64,000 nucleotides of DNA, taken from Nemertoderma westbladi (lineage: Eukaryota; Animalia; Xenacoelomorpha). Below the pieces are notes generated by a model. The model saw nothing but the letters and a program-made list of their open reading frames with translations. It was not told the DNA's origin and ran no database searches. Made by a program: the position numbers and the translations under genes. Shown piece by piece: positions 14,580 to 28,065 of this stretch (position 1 is its first letter; each line of letters begins with the position of its first letter). The DNA is taken from NCBI GenBank assembly GCA_032718475.1, contig JAUCBJ010008503.1:362-64361 (forward strand). Direction: 5' to 3'.

Positions 14580-15000
14580 CTTTTCAATAGGGGGTACCGG
14601 TACGCGGTACATACTACTGACATAGGCAGATAGGGTAATTAAAATTAAGTAGGCCTTTTGCATATCTCAGTATCTGCATATGTATTCAAATTTTATACAG
14701 TCTGACAGTAGAGTACCGGTACCGGTACCGCGGTAGGGCTTGTCAGTCAGCATGTAGGGCCTAACTGCCTAATGTCACCTGAGTGTATTTTCAAGTGTAA
14801 CTGTAAATGCTGAAATGTACCGGTACCGGTAGTATAAAAATAAAAATTTTAATATTAACAATGTTGATGTTGCATTTACATTTATTATCTGATTTTGTCA
14901 GGCTGTCAGGCTGTCAGGGCTGGCAAAAACCTTAGGTTTTTCAAAATAATAATTAGCTGCCAAACGGGACCAAGCAACTATAACAAAGGCAAACCAACTA

Positions 15001-15414
15001 CAGTCAGGAACACTGGTCACAATATGTCCAATTTACAGCCAGAATGTGTCCGCGGAAAACGCTCTCAGAGTGAAATTTCTCCATAGAAAACAATGCTAAA
15101 TTTCATTTGAAATCCGGCAGTGAAATTTTAACATTGGCATTCTAAAAATTATGCCATTAGAATCGCCATAAAATTCTGTATAAATTAATTTGAGAATTAG
15201 AATCTCATCTTTGGGATAACTATCATAATATTAAAAATAAAAATGTGCCCAGCTTCTGCTTTGAGTACTAGTGGAGTTACAGCCAAAATATGTCCGGAAA
15301 TATAATCGCAGCCTGTGAAGGACAAATAGTGGCTGCACGGACACTTTCTGGCTGTGAATATGTGGACAATTTTTGGCTGAGCTTCAGCCAGAAAATGACC
15401 AGTGTTCCTAACTG
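15001..15414. mobile_element. MITE with CAGTYAGG TIRs and 5-bp TSD AACTA
   Basis: Ends CAGTCAGGAACACTGGTCA…TGACCAGTGTTCCTAACTG. The gag frame rejoins across it. Confidence 0.85.
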
Positions 15415-15889
15415 AACTAATGACAACAGGGGAATCAATATCCCGCATCAGTACGTATCGGAAGGAAAAAAATTCTCACCGTATACCTGGAGGCAGGGAG
15501 GGGATAACCAGAGTGGCACCACCTACAGGCAACCAACAAATGCTAACAATTACCCTAGATGCAACCGCTGCAACAGATGGATACATTCCGATAGACGACA
15601 GTGTCCTGCAATCAATGCCCAATGTGATATATGTGGTCGATTTGGCCACTTCCGTGCAGCATGCAACCCAAACCAGCGACCTAATAAATAACTATAGCAA
15701 CAGGTCTGATTATGCTCCCAGCGATAATCGTCGACAATGGGTTCAGACTGACCGTAATCCCCGTAATCCCAGAGAAGAAGAACCAAGAAACACCCGCATC
15801 AATGTACAATATACAGACGAAACGGACGAGTTCAACGCTTGGGATCCAGACCAACAATTCAGCTATGAATCTGACAATACAATGCATTA

Positions 15890-17256
15890 CAGTTAGGTAC
15901 AATGGCCAAATCTGGCAACCTCAAAAGTTGCCACATATGGCAATGTTTATTGCCAAATCTGGCAACTTTTGGTTTTTCTAATTTTCGCACGCCCAGAAGC
16001 AAAATCGCATTTTGGTAAATAGGTAAGTGAAAAGAGCGCGAAATTTAAATATAATTGACCGTATAAGAAAAAAAATCATCGTCTGAATTTCTCTTAGCAA
16101 TAGGCCGAAATGTGCCTAAAATAATTATTGCCATTTTTGGCAACCATTATAATTAAAGAAAAATAATGGTTGCCATTTTTGGCAACAATTATCATTATGC
16201 ACCCCTGTCAGTAACTCTGTCATTGTAAATTACTTCAAAATTGCTTACTTCTTGCTTACCCTTGTCGAGTTGTTATGATTTATAAACAAAACATTAGTTG
16301 ATGAAATGTCAGAATGTATTTGATATGTTGTTAATATGTTAATGGAAAGATGGATGAGTCTGTAACAGATACCGTGGACTGGTAGACTGGTATATGGTAT
16401 AGGCATAAACAAAACTAAAGAATCACATGCTTCAAAGGCTGAAATGGAAATAAATGTAATAAAATTTGACAACGTCAGAGGTCAGAACGTGAACATCACC
16501 AAAAGGAAGCAAGAAGGCAAGGGGGCATTAAAGTTTGAGAAACGGCGTGACAGACTGACAGAAGAACAATAGTGTCAAAATTTAGAAAGACTGAGAAAAC
16601 CAAAACGCGTGTTAAGGGATTCAACCAAATTGTTTCTAGTAGGCCCTAATGAAAAACGGGATGAAATTATTATCATTATATGTCTGTCTGTATGTCCTGA
16701 TGTAGGAATGGAATGATAGATATACTGAACTGATATAGAGTGAAGGATGATTTAGATTGCTGGGCAATTGTATCAGCATTACACAGTTACAATCTTTAAC
16801 TACTAAACTATTATTCTGTTATTGGTACAAACAACAATCAACCACCTCCCCAAGCAGCACCAGAGATTACTAGCAAGATTACCAGTCAGTCTGTGTTTGT
16901 ATTATTGACTCTCATTCTCACCTCATTTATTAGGATATATTGCTGTATTGGTTAGAACTTAGAATATGCCACTACCAGTATAAGTATAACCTGTAACCTG
17001 GCCCTATCCGTATCCCTTTTTTCTAGGCCTAACATTAACATTTCAGGATCTAAGGAATGACCATACTGCCATAGAAGGACTTAATGACGCAGAACCATAA
17101 TAAGCCATATTCAATGAGTTAGTTAAGTTGCCAAATATGGCAACAACGGCTTTATATAGTTGCCAAATCAGGCAATCAGAAATGTTGCCAGATTTTGCTT
17201 GGTTGCCAAATGTGGCAATCACAATCATTGCCAGATTTGGCCATTGTACCTAACTG
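15890..17256. mobile_element. Non-autonomous TIR element with CAGTTAGG ends and 5-bp TSD CATTA
   Basis: 29-bp perfect TIR CAGTTAGGTACAATGGCCAAATCTGGCAA, plus TTGCCA…TGGCAA subterminal repeats. Confidence 0.85.
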
Positions 17257-17314
17257 CATTACACTGGGCTTAATATCCACTGATTTCCCCAATCAAATCT
17301 TCACTTGCATCAAT

Positions 17315-20156
17315 CAGTCGGTGAGAAGTCAAAAATTGGACTTGAGTCCAAAATTGGACTTCGACTCCATTTCAAGTCCAAAATTGGACTTCTGTGAGTC
17401 CAATATTGGACTTCAAATCAGCCAATTGTTCCAGGGCCTTGGGTAATGGATCGGGCGGGATTTTTTTTTATTAATCGAAAATATATCAAAAAATAAGAGT
17501 TTTGAACAGGGGGACCTGAAATTCACCAGGGGGAACTTTTTTATAAGGCTTTGAATTTTTACAAAAGTCCAATATTGGACTTTAAGTCTAATTTTGGACG
17601 TGACATTGAGAATCAAACTTACAGGTACATGAAGCATGACAGATGAGAGACAGCCAGACAGCTATTAAGTTATGGAAAGTTACCTTTGTAGCTCTGTATG
17701 TATCTACAGTGTACTGTACTTAGAATATAGGCTAAATGGTACCTACATTCTAGCATTCTAGGTACTTTACTTTTAGCATATTGTTTACATTCATGTTATG
17801 TCTAACCTTACACCTTACAGGGGTCCGTCTAAAAGCCACATCGGACCCAATCGGTACCACATCGGACCCAATCGGTACCACATCGGTACGACATTGGAAC
17901 AAATCGGCACCACATCGGACCCAATCGGTACCAAATCGGACCAAATCGGTATCACATCGGACCTTATGGGTACCACATCGGACCCAATCGGTACCACATC
18001 GGACCCAATTGGCACCACATCGGACCCAATCGGTACCAAATCGGTATCACATCGGACCTTATGGGTACCACATCGGACCCAATCGGTACCACATCGGACC
18101 CAATCGGTACCACATCAGTACCACATCGGACCAAATCGGTACCACATTGGACCAAATCGGTACCACATCGGTACCACATTGGACCAAATCGGTACCACAT
18201 CGGACCTTATGGGTACCACATCGGACCCAATCGGTACCACATCGGACCCAATCGGTACCACATCGGTACGACATTGGAACAAATCGGCACCACATCGGAC
18301 CCAATCGGACCAAATCGGTATCACATCGGACCTTATGGGTACCGGGCATCGGACCCAATCGGTACCACATCGGACCCAATCGGTACCACATCGGACCACA
18401 TCGGGGCCACTGCAACCTGCTCCTTTCCCTAAATTGAGAATATAACATTGAGGCGGGATATTAATTCGCCAAGATGGGATTTGCGTCCAGTCCCCCCCCC
18501 CCCCCCCCCGTTTCAAATTATTTCAAACAATGCATTTGATAACGTTTTCTCTTTCAAACTTCTTGCCTTCCCTTCCGCAGACTGGAGAACTGAAGATTGT
18601 CTCTAGTGCATGTGTTATATATCAGTCAGTCAGTATATAGTACAGTATAGTATAGTATAATTATACAAATACAATAACTGCCAAGCTCATTGTGTATACC
18701 TGCAGACGGGTACAGTACTGTATAAGTAGGGGCAATAGTCTCTGCATTAGATATTGTAGTATCTAGTACCTACTGCAGTGCAGTACCGGTTACCAGCCTG
18801 ACATGTTGTCAGAAAGACTAACAATTACTGAATTACTGATACGAGTTTGGTCAGTTGGCTGGTTGGTGCTGGAACTTGTTATTTACATCCTAAATTGCTA
18901 TTTTATGGCCGATGTGGCTCCGATGTGGCCCCGATGTGGTCCGATGTGGCCCCGATGTGGTCCGATGTGGTCCGATTTGGTCCGATGTGGTACCGATTGG
19001 GTCCGATGTGGCTTTTAGACGGACCCCCTTACAGCCTTATGTACCCAGGGCCAGGATTTTAGAGCAGTAGAGTCTTTAGGACTAGATTAGATTATGCTCC
19101 AACAAATATTTAATTACAAATTATATTTGGTGGAAACTGGAAGCAATGCCAGGTTTGCTAACTGCAGCTGGTGCTAAGGCTAACTACAGTACAAGCTACG
19201 ATTTCGTCTAAGCCTATGGGAGCCCTATCCTGCTATCAGAAAGAAATACTACAAGTTGATGCTACCACCATCTCTTCTAATTTTTCCATACAACAGGAAG
19301 GGTGTTTTAAAACAGCTGTATAATGAAAGGGGATTAGTAACTGATTAACGTGTTGGGGTCTCCACATAATAAGTACAGAAGTAAGAAGTAACACACGTCA
19401 TAATTATAAACCAATTGAGGGAAAGGAACAGGTTACAGAGGCAGGCTTTTCTAACTAAAACAATAAACGGCCACTTTTGACTATACCAATTGAAGGAGCC
19501 TTATCACCTCACCACATACTACTACTACAATCGGCATGCTGCATTACAGCTGCATTATATATATAGACCCTATTACTGTATTAAGAATGCTGTGCCGGCT
19601 TGTTGACATAGTGTCTGGTTGGAGATGCTGAGATGTGCTGTGTATATTGTACTTGATACAGTGAACCTAATCAAAACAATTACTCAATAAACATTAACTC
19701 AATTACATAATAGGTTACAGTTTCTAGTAGTCTTATTTTTGCCATACGAAAATACCACAGGTATGGGTATGAATGAAATATACAGCTATAACTCAACTAC
19801 CGCTACTGCGGTATACACCGCTAAGGCAGTAAGGCTACCGCAAAGCCATACCACTACCGCAAAAAGTGACTACTGATGTCTGACTGTACGTGTGCGATCC
19901 CTGCTTATAATACTTATAATAATTAATTTGATCATTAAAATGATGTTGCATTGTAATTATGTAATATATATGTACTGATACGGGATGCAGTTTTGATTTA
20001 AATACCGATATACGATACCAGTTGCCAGTATGGCAGCATGGGTACACTTGGCTGCTTGGAGTTGTACTAAAGTCCAATATTGGACTTTGGAGTCCAAAAT
20101 TGGACTTGAAGTCTAAAATTGGACTTGAAGTCCAATTTTTGACTTCTCACCGACTG
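17315..20156. mobile_element. Non-autonomous TIR element (CAGTCGGTGAGAAGTC ends), 5-bp TSD TCAAT
   Basis: TIRs carry AGTCCAAWWTTGGACT repeats. A second copy lies inverted at 46362-48315. The Gypsy frame FTCIN|DTMADD rejoins across it. Confidence 0.9.
17821..19026. mobile_element. Nested MITE with GGGTCCGTCTAAAAGCC TIRs and ~20-bp internal repeats
   Basis: 8-bp TSD CCTTACAG. Absent from the sister copy at 46362-48315, which shows the empty site. Confidence 0.85.
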
Positions 20157-20167
20157 TCAATGATACC

Positions 20168-22853
20168 ATGGCAGATGACAATATCACAAATAAATGGATC
20201 AAAATCCGCGACGAATTTCCAATACTATTCGACGGCAAAGTTCGCCAAATGTATGGCCCATCAGTAAAAATCCACATTCAGGACGGCGCTTATCCTGCCA
20301 AAGTATATACACCTCGTCAGATACCAGTTCCATTACGTAACGCAGTCAAGAAGGAACTAGAAGCTATGTGCCAAGGTGGGATAATAGAACGTGATGATGA
20401 CAGTGCTCCAGATTGGGTAGCACCCATGGTAGCAATACCAAAAAAGCGGCATGGTGACGAACCACCCACCGTTCGCATAACAGTTGATTTTCGCTCACTC
20501 AACAAATCATTAGTAAGACCTGTGTTCCAAGTTCGTTCACCCCGTGACATTGTCAGTAGCATCCCAACATGGGCGAAATACTTTACAGTAGTCGACGGCC
20601 TTAAGGGCTACTGGCAGGTTGGACTACACCCTGATAGTAGACACTATACATCATTCATAACACCATTCGGTCGATATAAGTATACACGCCTACCAATGGG
20701 CATCGCTTCAGCAGCAGACGAGTATAATGCCCGCGTATTCAAGGTGATCGATCCGATACCATGCGCTGAAAATATCGTAGAAGACATAATAATATTTAGT
20801 CATACTATGGAAGAACATATCATTGATGTCCATACTGTACTACAACGATGCGCAGAATACGGGATATCACTTAACTCTAAAAAAGTTCAATTCTGCCAAA
20901 CAGAAGCCAAGTTTGGAGGCTTTCTTGTAGCACAGGGAAAATACCGCATTGACCCTGACCTAACAAAGGATATTCGTGAATTTCCCACACCATCATGTCG
21001 AACAGACCTCAAATCCTTCTTAGGACTGGTTAACCAAGTGGGTGATTTCGATCCAAACCTCACCAAATTAACAGAACCACTTCGTGGATTGGACAAAAAT
21101 AACATCGAATGGAACTGGAACGATTCTCATCAGCAAGCCTTTGAAATAGCTCGCATCGAACTTGCCAAACCACGATTCCTCAGTTACTACGACCCATCTC
21201 GCCCAACACGTCTCCATGCTGATGCATCACGGGAAGGTGGACTCGGGTTTTTACTTTACCAACACGATCCAACCGACAAACGATGGAAAGTGATCCAAAG
21301 TGGGTCACGGAAGCTGGCCAAGTCTGAACAGAATAGTTGGGCAATTATAGAACTTGAGTGTCTCGCAGTGCTCTGGGCCATCGATAAATGCCGAATGAAA
21401 CTGGAGGGTATGTCCCAATTTACAGTCTTAACAGACCACCTACCACTGGTGCCAATACTTAATACAAAGCGGTTGGATCAAATCGAGAATGTACGTCTCC
21501 TGAAAATGCGGATGAAACTGAACCGATACTGTTTCACAACACAACACATACCTGGAAAATTTCAAGCAGCTGCTGACGCACTATCGCGAATCAATAAACA
21601 TCCTGCATCAATCGATGACATCATGATTCAGGATGACGAAGGGCACACCGCCCGAGCCCAAGTCGCCGCTCTGACCCTAACCGAAAATAAACAAGAGGTT
21701 GACTTAGCTCTTCAACAAATACTAGATGCAGGCAAGATAGAAAACGAATACATCGAACTTCGGAAAGTAATAAACAATGGATTCCCTCAATATAAGAGCG
21801 AGTTAAGCGAATCTTTACATGCTTACTGGCCCAATCGAAATGAACTCTGTATTGACGACCACGGCATTATTATCAAAGGCCATCAACTTCTCATACCACG
21901 GTCCCAAAGACGAAGAGTACTTAATGACATACATGCATCACACCAGGGCCTTACGAAAACATTGGAACGTGCCCGCAATTCGGTTTGGTGGCCCAACATC
22001 ACCAATGACGTATCACAAATGGTACGCAACTGTCAGTGCGCACAATTCCAACCAAGCCAAGCGGCTGAACCACAGCAAGACCAGCAACCAGCAACTGAAC
22101 CCATGGACCGTCTTCATGTGGACTTCACCGCCTATGCAGGAAGGAAATTCATCATCATCGCTGATGAATTCTCAGGATGGCCATTTATCATTGATATGGG
22201 TTCCAAAACAGACGCACCAAGAGTTATTGAACAATATCGCCGTCTCTTTGCTGATTGGGGTGCACCCCGACATATGAAATCCGACGGTGGACCTCCATTC
22301 CTTAGTAAGGCATTGGCTGAATTCTACCGCGAGTGGAATATTGACCATAAGACATCATCACCTCACCTCCCTTCCACCAATGGAAGAGCTGAAAACGCTG
22401 TGAAAACTGCCAAGAAACTGATCAAAAGCTGCTGGGACATAGACAAACAGAAAGTCAATGAACAAGATTTCCGTAAAGGGCTGCTAGCTATTCGTAACTC
22501 GGATAAAAATGGAGGACCATCACCGGCTGAGCGATTCTTGGGCCGACGTTTACGCGAAACGTTGCCTCGACACCCTGAGGCTATGATCCATGATCAGGTC
22601 ACCCGTTCTAACCGTGAAATTCGTGAATCATACAGACAGGAAAGGGCTGAAGAAGGGTACAATTCCCATACAAAGTCACTGCCCCCATTGACAACCGGAA
22701 CAGCTGTTTTAGTGCAGAATCCAGATTCAAAGCTGTGGAACACCAAAGCCATTGTTAAAGAATGTAAACCATATCATGAGTATATCATCAAACTCCCCAA
22801 CAACCGAATCCTACGCCGACATCGCCGTTTTTTACGTCCTATTCATAAAAATC
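20168..22853 (+). CDS. Gypsy pol: RT, RNase H, integrase
   Basis: RT motifs VRITVDFRSLN, VDGLKGYWQ, YTRLPMG, IVEDII. RNase H ADAS…ELE…TDH…ADALSR. Integrase HQG…C, LHVDF…SDGGP…NGRAE. The ORF track continues to 22993 only by reading into an inserted element. Confidence 0.92.
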
Positions 22854-24075
22854 GGGTCCTACTAAATACTACAAAAAGCACAAAACAAGCACAAAAAAGC
22901 ACAAAAAAGTCAAGAAAAGCACAAAAAAGCACAAAAAAGGTAAAAAAAAAGCACAAAAAAGCACAAAAAAACAAACTGATAGCTGTTTATTGAGCTTGTA
23001 ATAGAACAGATGATAGAATCAATATCATGTAGTATTACAGGTATTAAGTTATTACACTGTCAGACTGTTACAGGTACATGTAGTATTATTGTCATTACAG
23101 GTACAGCCCTACCCCGAGCACCATGGCTGCCTGGTGCAATATCAGGCTAATGTCAGAATGTAAACATGGTTCAATTCAAATATCAGGATAGAACTTATAA
23201 TACTGTAATAGACTTTGTTATTGTCACATTGTCAACTTATCAGCGTTCTGGTTAATTACTTGTAACGATGTGGGAGATGTAGCGACGCAGCATAGGCGCT
23301 TGTAAACTGGATGTCAGTGTTGACCGAAATCGCGATTATTCTGTTATTGGAATGCCTTTATTCACCGATAAATCGACATACTGTACAATTATCACATCAC
23401 GGTCTGCCCGAACCTCTCGAGTGGGCGATCGATAACGTCTGAGGACAAGTATGATGATATTAGTCATAGTCATACTTGCAAGAATCTCGCCTTCTGTCTT
23501 GAATCTGCCTTGGTTACGATATCTGCGTCTGTTGGAAACACAGTTCCTGCCTGGGGTTAACCACTGCTGTTGTAACACTACTGTATACTTTGAAATTTCT
23601 ATAATAACTGCCAGATTGTTTGCAATGTTGTTTAGGAGTTCATGCGTACTTATCTTATATATCAATATTCTATTTTATTTTACCTTAATTTACGACCCCC
23701 ATGAGTGCCTTAGATCCTGGGTGTTCTTTCCCACGATCGTAATTTACTGTAGTTTTATTAAGCTATTAATCTATACTGTATATATGTGTTTTATTATGTT
23801 TTTTTTATTGTGATTTTAATTACAAATACACTTTGCAGTATTGTGGCCTTTACATACTGTAGGTCAGAACGTTGCAAATTAATCAATCATAGGCGTATGG
23901 GTTACCTTCGTATGTGGGGGGTGTCTGTTTTTTGTACTTTTTTTACTTTTTTTGTGCTTTTTTTTTACTTTTTTTGTGCTTTTTTTTACTTTTTTTGTGC
24001 TTTTTTGTGCTTTTCTTGACTTTTTTGTGCTTTTTTGTGCTTGTTTTGTGCTTTTTGTAGTATTTAGTAGGACCC
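22854..24075. mobile_element. MULE-like MITE with AAAAAAGCAC repeats in the TIRs
   Basis: Ends GGGTCCTACTAAATAC…GTATTTAGTAGGACCC with a 9-bp TSD ATAAAAATC. Confidence 0.88.
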
Positions 24076-24216
24076 ATAAAAATCCAGTATCTGGAGTCAT
24101 AAAGCCACAACAAACACCTGACGTGAACCAAGATTCGACCTCAGGTAATGATAACCAACCAATAACAAGAAACGAGGAATTATCCACACACACGACCCAA
24201 TCACCACAGTCACAAC

Positions 24217-26311
24217 TAGGGCTCAACAGAAGCTTCGGCTTCGGTTCGGTTCGGGCCGAAGTTTGGCAATTTCGGTTCGGTTCGGCTTCTGCAATTGATA
24301 CTGCAGAAGCCCGGAGCAAACTTTGCTAAATATTCCAAGTATTACATTGACTGATTGAGACCAGAAGACAGTACAGCAGTAAGACTAATCAATCTGTCCA
24401 TCGTTGTACTAATTAATTTTGGGGTGTAAACGTTAAGCAGACACTGGTGCAGAGCAGACAGTGGTGTAGACAGTGATGCAGACAGTGATGCAGACACCTG
24501 GTGCAGACAGTGGTGCAGACACTGGTGTAGACAGTGGTGCAGACAGTGGTGCAGACACTGGTGCAGACAGTGGTGCAGACAGTGGTGCATACACTGGTGC
24601 AGACAGTAAAGGGGCGAGCAGGTTAGTAAAGGAGCAGTTTAGTAAAGGAGCAGGTTTCAGAGGAGTATTGGGGGAACCAAAACAATAAACGTTATTGTTT
24701 TGCGGGCTAAGAATACCCAAGGGCCAAGAATACTCACAGGCTAAGAATACTCGCGGGCTAAGAATTCCTGAGACCTTTACTGTAGTTAGCTGGTTAGTGA
24801 ATGTATATTCCCAGCATGAGACAATAACTTAATTACTGTAGCTCGTTTTATTATACATTAATAAGCAGTGGCTCCAGTAAAGGTAAACAAATTAAACACT
24901 CTGTATAAAGTAGGACATGTATAAACAATCAATAAACCTCATTCCTTGGAGACATTGTTTTGGTTAGAAAAGCCCACCACTGTAACCTGCTCCTTTCCGT
25001 TAATTAAGTAATGGAGATTAGTTTATTGTTTTGGTTAGAAAACACCACCACTGTAACACCATCGGTCAGGTCGGTACGCATATGAACGATAACCAACCTT
25101 TCAGTAGTTGGTCGCATATTTGTAGATAATAAAGTCTATGATAAAATATAATATAATAGTGCCTGGTGGTATTGTGTTTTGTGGTACTCTGGTATTTCAG
25201 TATTTTCACCAGGTGTCTGCACCAGTGTCTGCACCACTGTCTGCACCACTGTCTGCACCAGTGTCTGCACCACTGTCTGCACCACTGTCTGCATCACTGT
25301 CTGCACCAGTGTCTGCACCAGTGTCTGCACCACTGCCTGCACCACTGTCTGCACCACTGTCTGCACCACTGTCTGCACCACTGTCTGCACCACTGTCCGC
25401 ACCAGGTGTCTGCACCACTGTCCGCACCAGGTGTCTGCACCACTGTCTGCACCAGTGTCTGCACCACAGTCTGCACGCTGCACCACTGTCTGCACCAGTG
25501 TCTGCACCACTGTCCGCACCAGGTGTCTGCACCACTGTCTGCACCACTGTCTGCACCAGGTGTCTGCACCACTGTCCGCACCAGGTGTCTGCACCACTGT
25601 CTGCACCAATGTCTGCACCACTGTCTGCATCGCTGTCTGCACCAGTGTTTGCACCAGTGTCTGCACCACTGTCTGCTTAACGTTTACACCCTTAATTGTG
25701 GACTGAACTTCCATTTAAAAAATGGCATTATTTTTTTAATTGTTTCCAGTTTACTTGGGTAGTTTCAAAATTAGCTTAATTATACAGTAGTTTAGGTTAG
25801 GCTAAATATTGCCATTTTACTTTGTAGTACCTATTTTTTAATTAATCATAACTTTGATACATAATACCAAATATACCTACCACCTCATATAAATTGTATT
25901 ACAAAGACTACCTGTACTTTTAGTGAGGTTTTCTAAATTTGATGTCACTACTGACTACTGTACGGCTTACTACGGGTGAAAATGTGGTGCATACAGTAAG
26001 TGCATGCATACAGTAAGTATACAGTAGTTTAGGTTAGTAATGTACAGTAATGTAAATATCTGAATATTGCCATTTTATTTTGTAGGACTTATTTTTTTAA
26101 TTAATCATAGCTTTCTCGCTAAGTCCGCAGACCAAATAGGTACCAGTCTGCCAGTGCCAGTCAGCCAGTATAGTGACGTAAATACGAATTTATGACCATA
26201 ACTTGCTAACTTTCTGAACTTCGGTTCGGATTCGGTTCGGTTCGGCCCGAAGTTAGCCCTGCTTCGGTTCGGTTCGGTTCGGCCCCATAAAGTGCCTTCT
26301 GTTGAACCCTA
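24217..26311. mobile_element. hAT-type non-autonomous element
   Basis: Ends TAGGGCTCAACAGAAG…CTTCTGTTGAACCCTA with an 8-bp TSD GTCACAAC and TTCGG subterminal repeats. Confidence 0.88.
24422..25691. mobile_element. MULE-like MITE with 12-bp GCACCACTGTCT arrays
   Basis: TIR GGGTGTAAACGTTAAGCAGACA. 9-bp TSD TTAATTTTG/TTAATTGTG with one mismatch. Confidence 0.8.
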
Positions 26312-26513
26312 GTCACAACCAGCAACACCCACCATAGAAAACAATGTACCAATGACACGCCACTCCACACGATACGTGATACCACCTCGCCGCCTAATCG
26401 CTGAGATATAAACTATAGAAACTCTTATATCGAACTTAAGTGATATAAACAACAATTATGAAACTCCATAAAAACTGAAGCATAAACTTAATCAACCCTA
26501 GAAGAGGGGGGCA

Positions 26514-26781
26514 TGTGTTAGGAGCATAACTCATATAGGACCTAACGACATATTACTCATAAAAACTACAGCAGGACTGACTGTATCCCGGACTGTACGC
26601 CAGTGTTGTACTTAGGCCTAGATATATATATACGCGCATGTGCCGTGCATGCTGTACTGCTGTTTGCAGACAGCGCAGAGTACCGTTGTAGTTGACTACA
26701 TGATTATTGATCACTGGCCCTATACGTTGTTGTGATAACGCGAGCCTATTATTATTATTATTGTCCATCACTAATATAACA
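26514..26781 (+). mobile_element. Gypsy 3' LTR
   Basis: TGTGTTA…TATAACA directly after the PPT. No 5' partner was found, so the end is approximate. Confidence 0.6.
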
Positions 26782-28065
26782 TGTTATTGCTAGGTTTTTG
26801 TAGTAGGCCTATTTACAGATTTATGTCAGGCTGTTGGCCCTATTTGTCTGTTTGTATATTTGATTGATTAGATTGACATTGACTGATTGACCTGACTGTC
26901 AGACTGTATCCGCTATATTGTCAAACAGTCTACTGGCTGACTGGACTGGCAGGTCCATATACCTGACTGCAGTTGAGATTGAGATTATTTATTGAGGACT
27001 AATACTGTAATAGGGCCTATAGTATCGGAACGAAACAACAACTGGTAAAGATATGCATGACCAACTGAAAGTATTTAACAAGGATTTAACACAAAGTACC
27101 AAATCGAATTAGTTAAAATCACAAATTAAATTTTAAAAACAGAAAAAGAATAGGCCTAAGTACGAAGTAGGCCTATGTTCTGATGTTTGTTAAAATAAAA
27201 GCTTGGTAACACAAATTAATTAAAATCACGAATCGAATTTAGGAATGTATGCAAGCTAAGTTAAAAGTTAAAATCACGCTTAAAATAGGCCTACAGAAAT
27301 CACTTCAAAATCAAACCTAAAATCACTTTAAAATCACGCTTAAAAACACATTAAAATTACGCTTAAAATCACTGAAATTATTTAATTTATAGTACCAAAC
27401 CAATTAATTAAAATCACAGGTATATTAGCCTCGAGGAATGCCCCTTGCAGCCTTGAGGTAAAGACCTAGTCTGCCAGGCAGATCCAGGAAAAAACCCTCT
27501 TGCTTATAGAACCAAACATACCAAACTTGTCCCATTTTTACCCCGTCTTACCCTAAAAAAGGAATGTAAAATTGTTCCTATGAGCTGCGCGACTTTTTGA
27601 GATATGCTGAGCTGAGCTGATATGCATGACATGAGCTGCGCGATTTTGTATGGATTATGATGAGGTGCGCGTGATGTCGAAACTCAGAACATTTTCAAAA
27701 GCGTAGGCCTCCGGTACTTGCGCGCTAATGCATGAATTCCAACCTGGTATTAGCTGATTAGGCTAACCTGCTACTGTACAGCCGTACGCTACACTAGGTG
27801 CTCGTGCTAGGCTGCTAGGCCTACCAACTGACCAGCCTACAGTTTGTTATTTATTCGTTTGAGTCCTTTACCGAGCCATACAGGAACAGGATTAGGCCTA
27901 GCAGCCCTGCCTGCCTGCAGCCTGGCAACTGCCATTCTATAACTGTATAATATAACGGTACCAGGTACAGGTACGGTAGGCCTATATGTTGTTTAAATTT
28001 AACCTACCGGTAAAATTAAATAATGTGATTTCTGTATTTGGACAGTTATATATCGTAATAGAAAA

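Larger units (their letters stand above)
5545..14594. mobile_element. Non-autonomous TIR element (EnSpm/CMC-like, CCC…GGG ends, TA flanks) holding nested insertions
   Basis: Left end CCCGCCGTATTGAAAAGTTTTA. Right end TAAAACTTTTCAAT[insertion 9791-14579]AGGGGG. GC-rich GCCGGCGC subterminal repeats at 5570-5850 and 9470-9775. Confidence 0.55.
14956..26781 (+). mobile_element. 5'-truncated Ty3/Gypsy (Mag-like) LTR retrotransposon fragmented by nested DNA transposons
   Basis: gag pieces at 14956-15000 and 15420-15889, with the double knuckle CNRCNRWIH…CPA…CDICGRFGHFRAAC. Linker LGLISTDFPNQI at 17264-17314. pol at 20162-22853. Tail at 24085-24216 and 26320-26410 (RHSTRYVIPPRRLIAEI*). PPT AGAAGAGGGGGG, then LTR from 26514. 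Confidence 0.85.

Noticed and set aside
15883-17263. 9-bp TSD (TGCATTACA) Mutator reading of the 15890 element
   Set aside because: The related element at 15001 has the same CAGTYAGG ends with an unambiguous 5-bp TSD.
23261-23876. Possible solo LTR (TGTAACG…CGTTGCA)
   Set aside because: No TSD and no second copy in the window.
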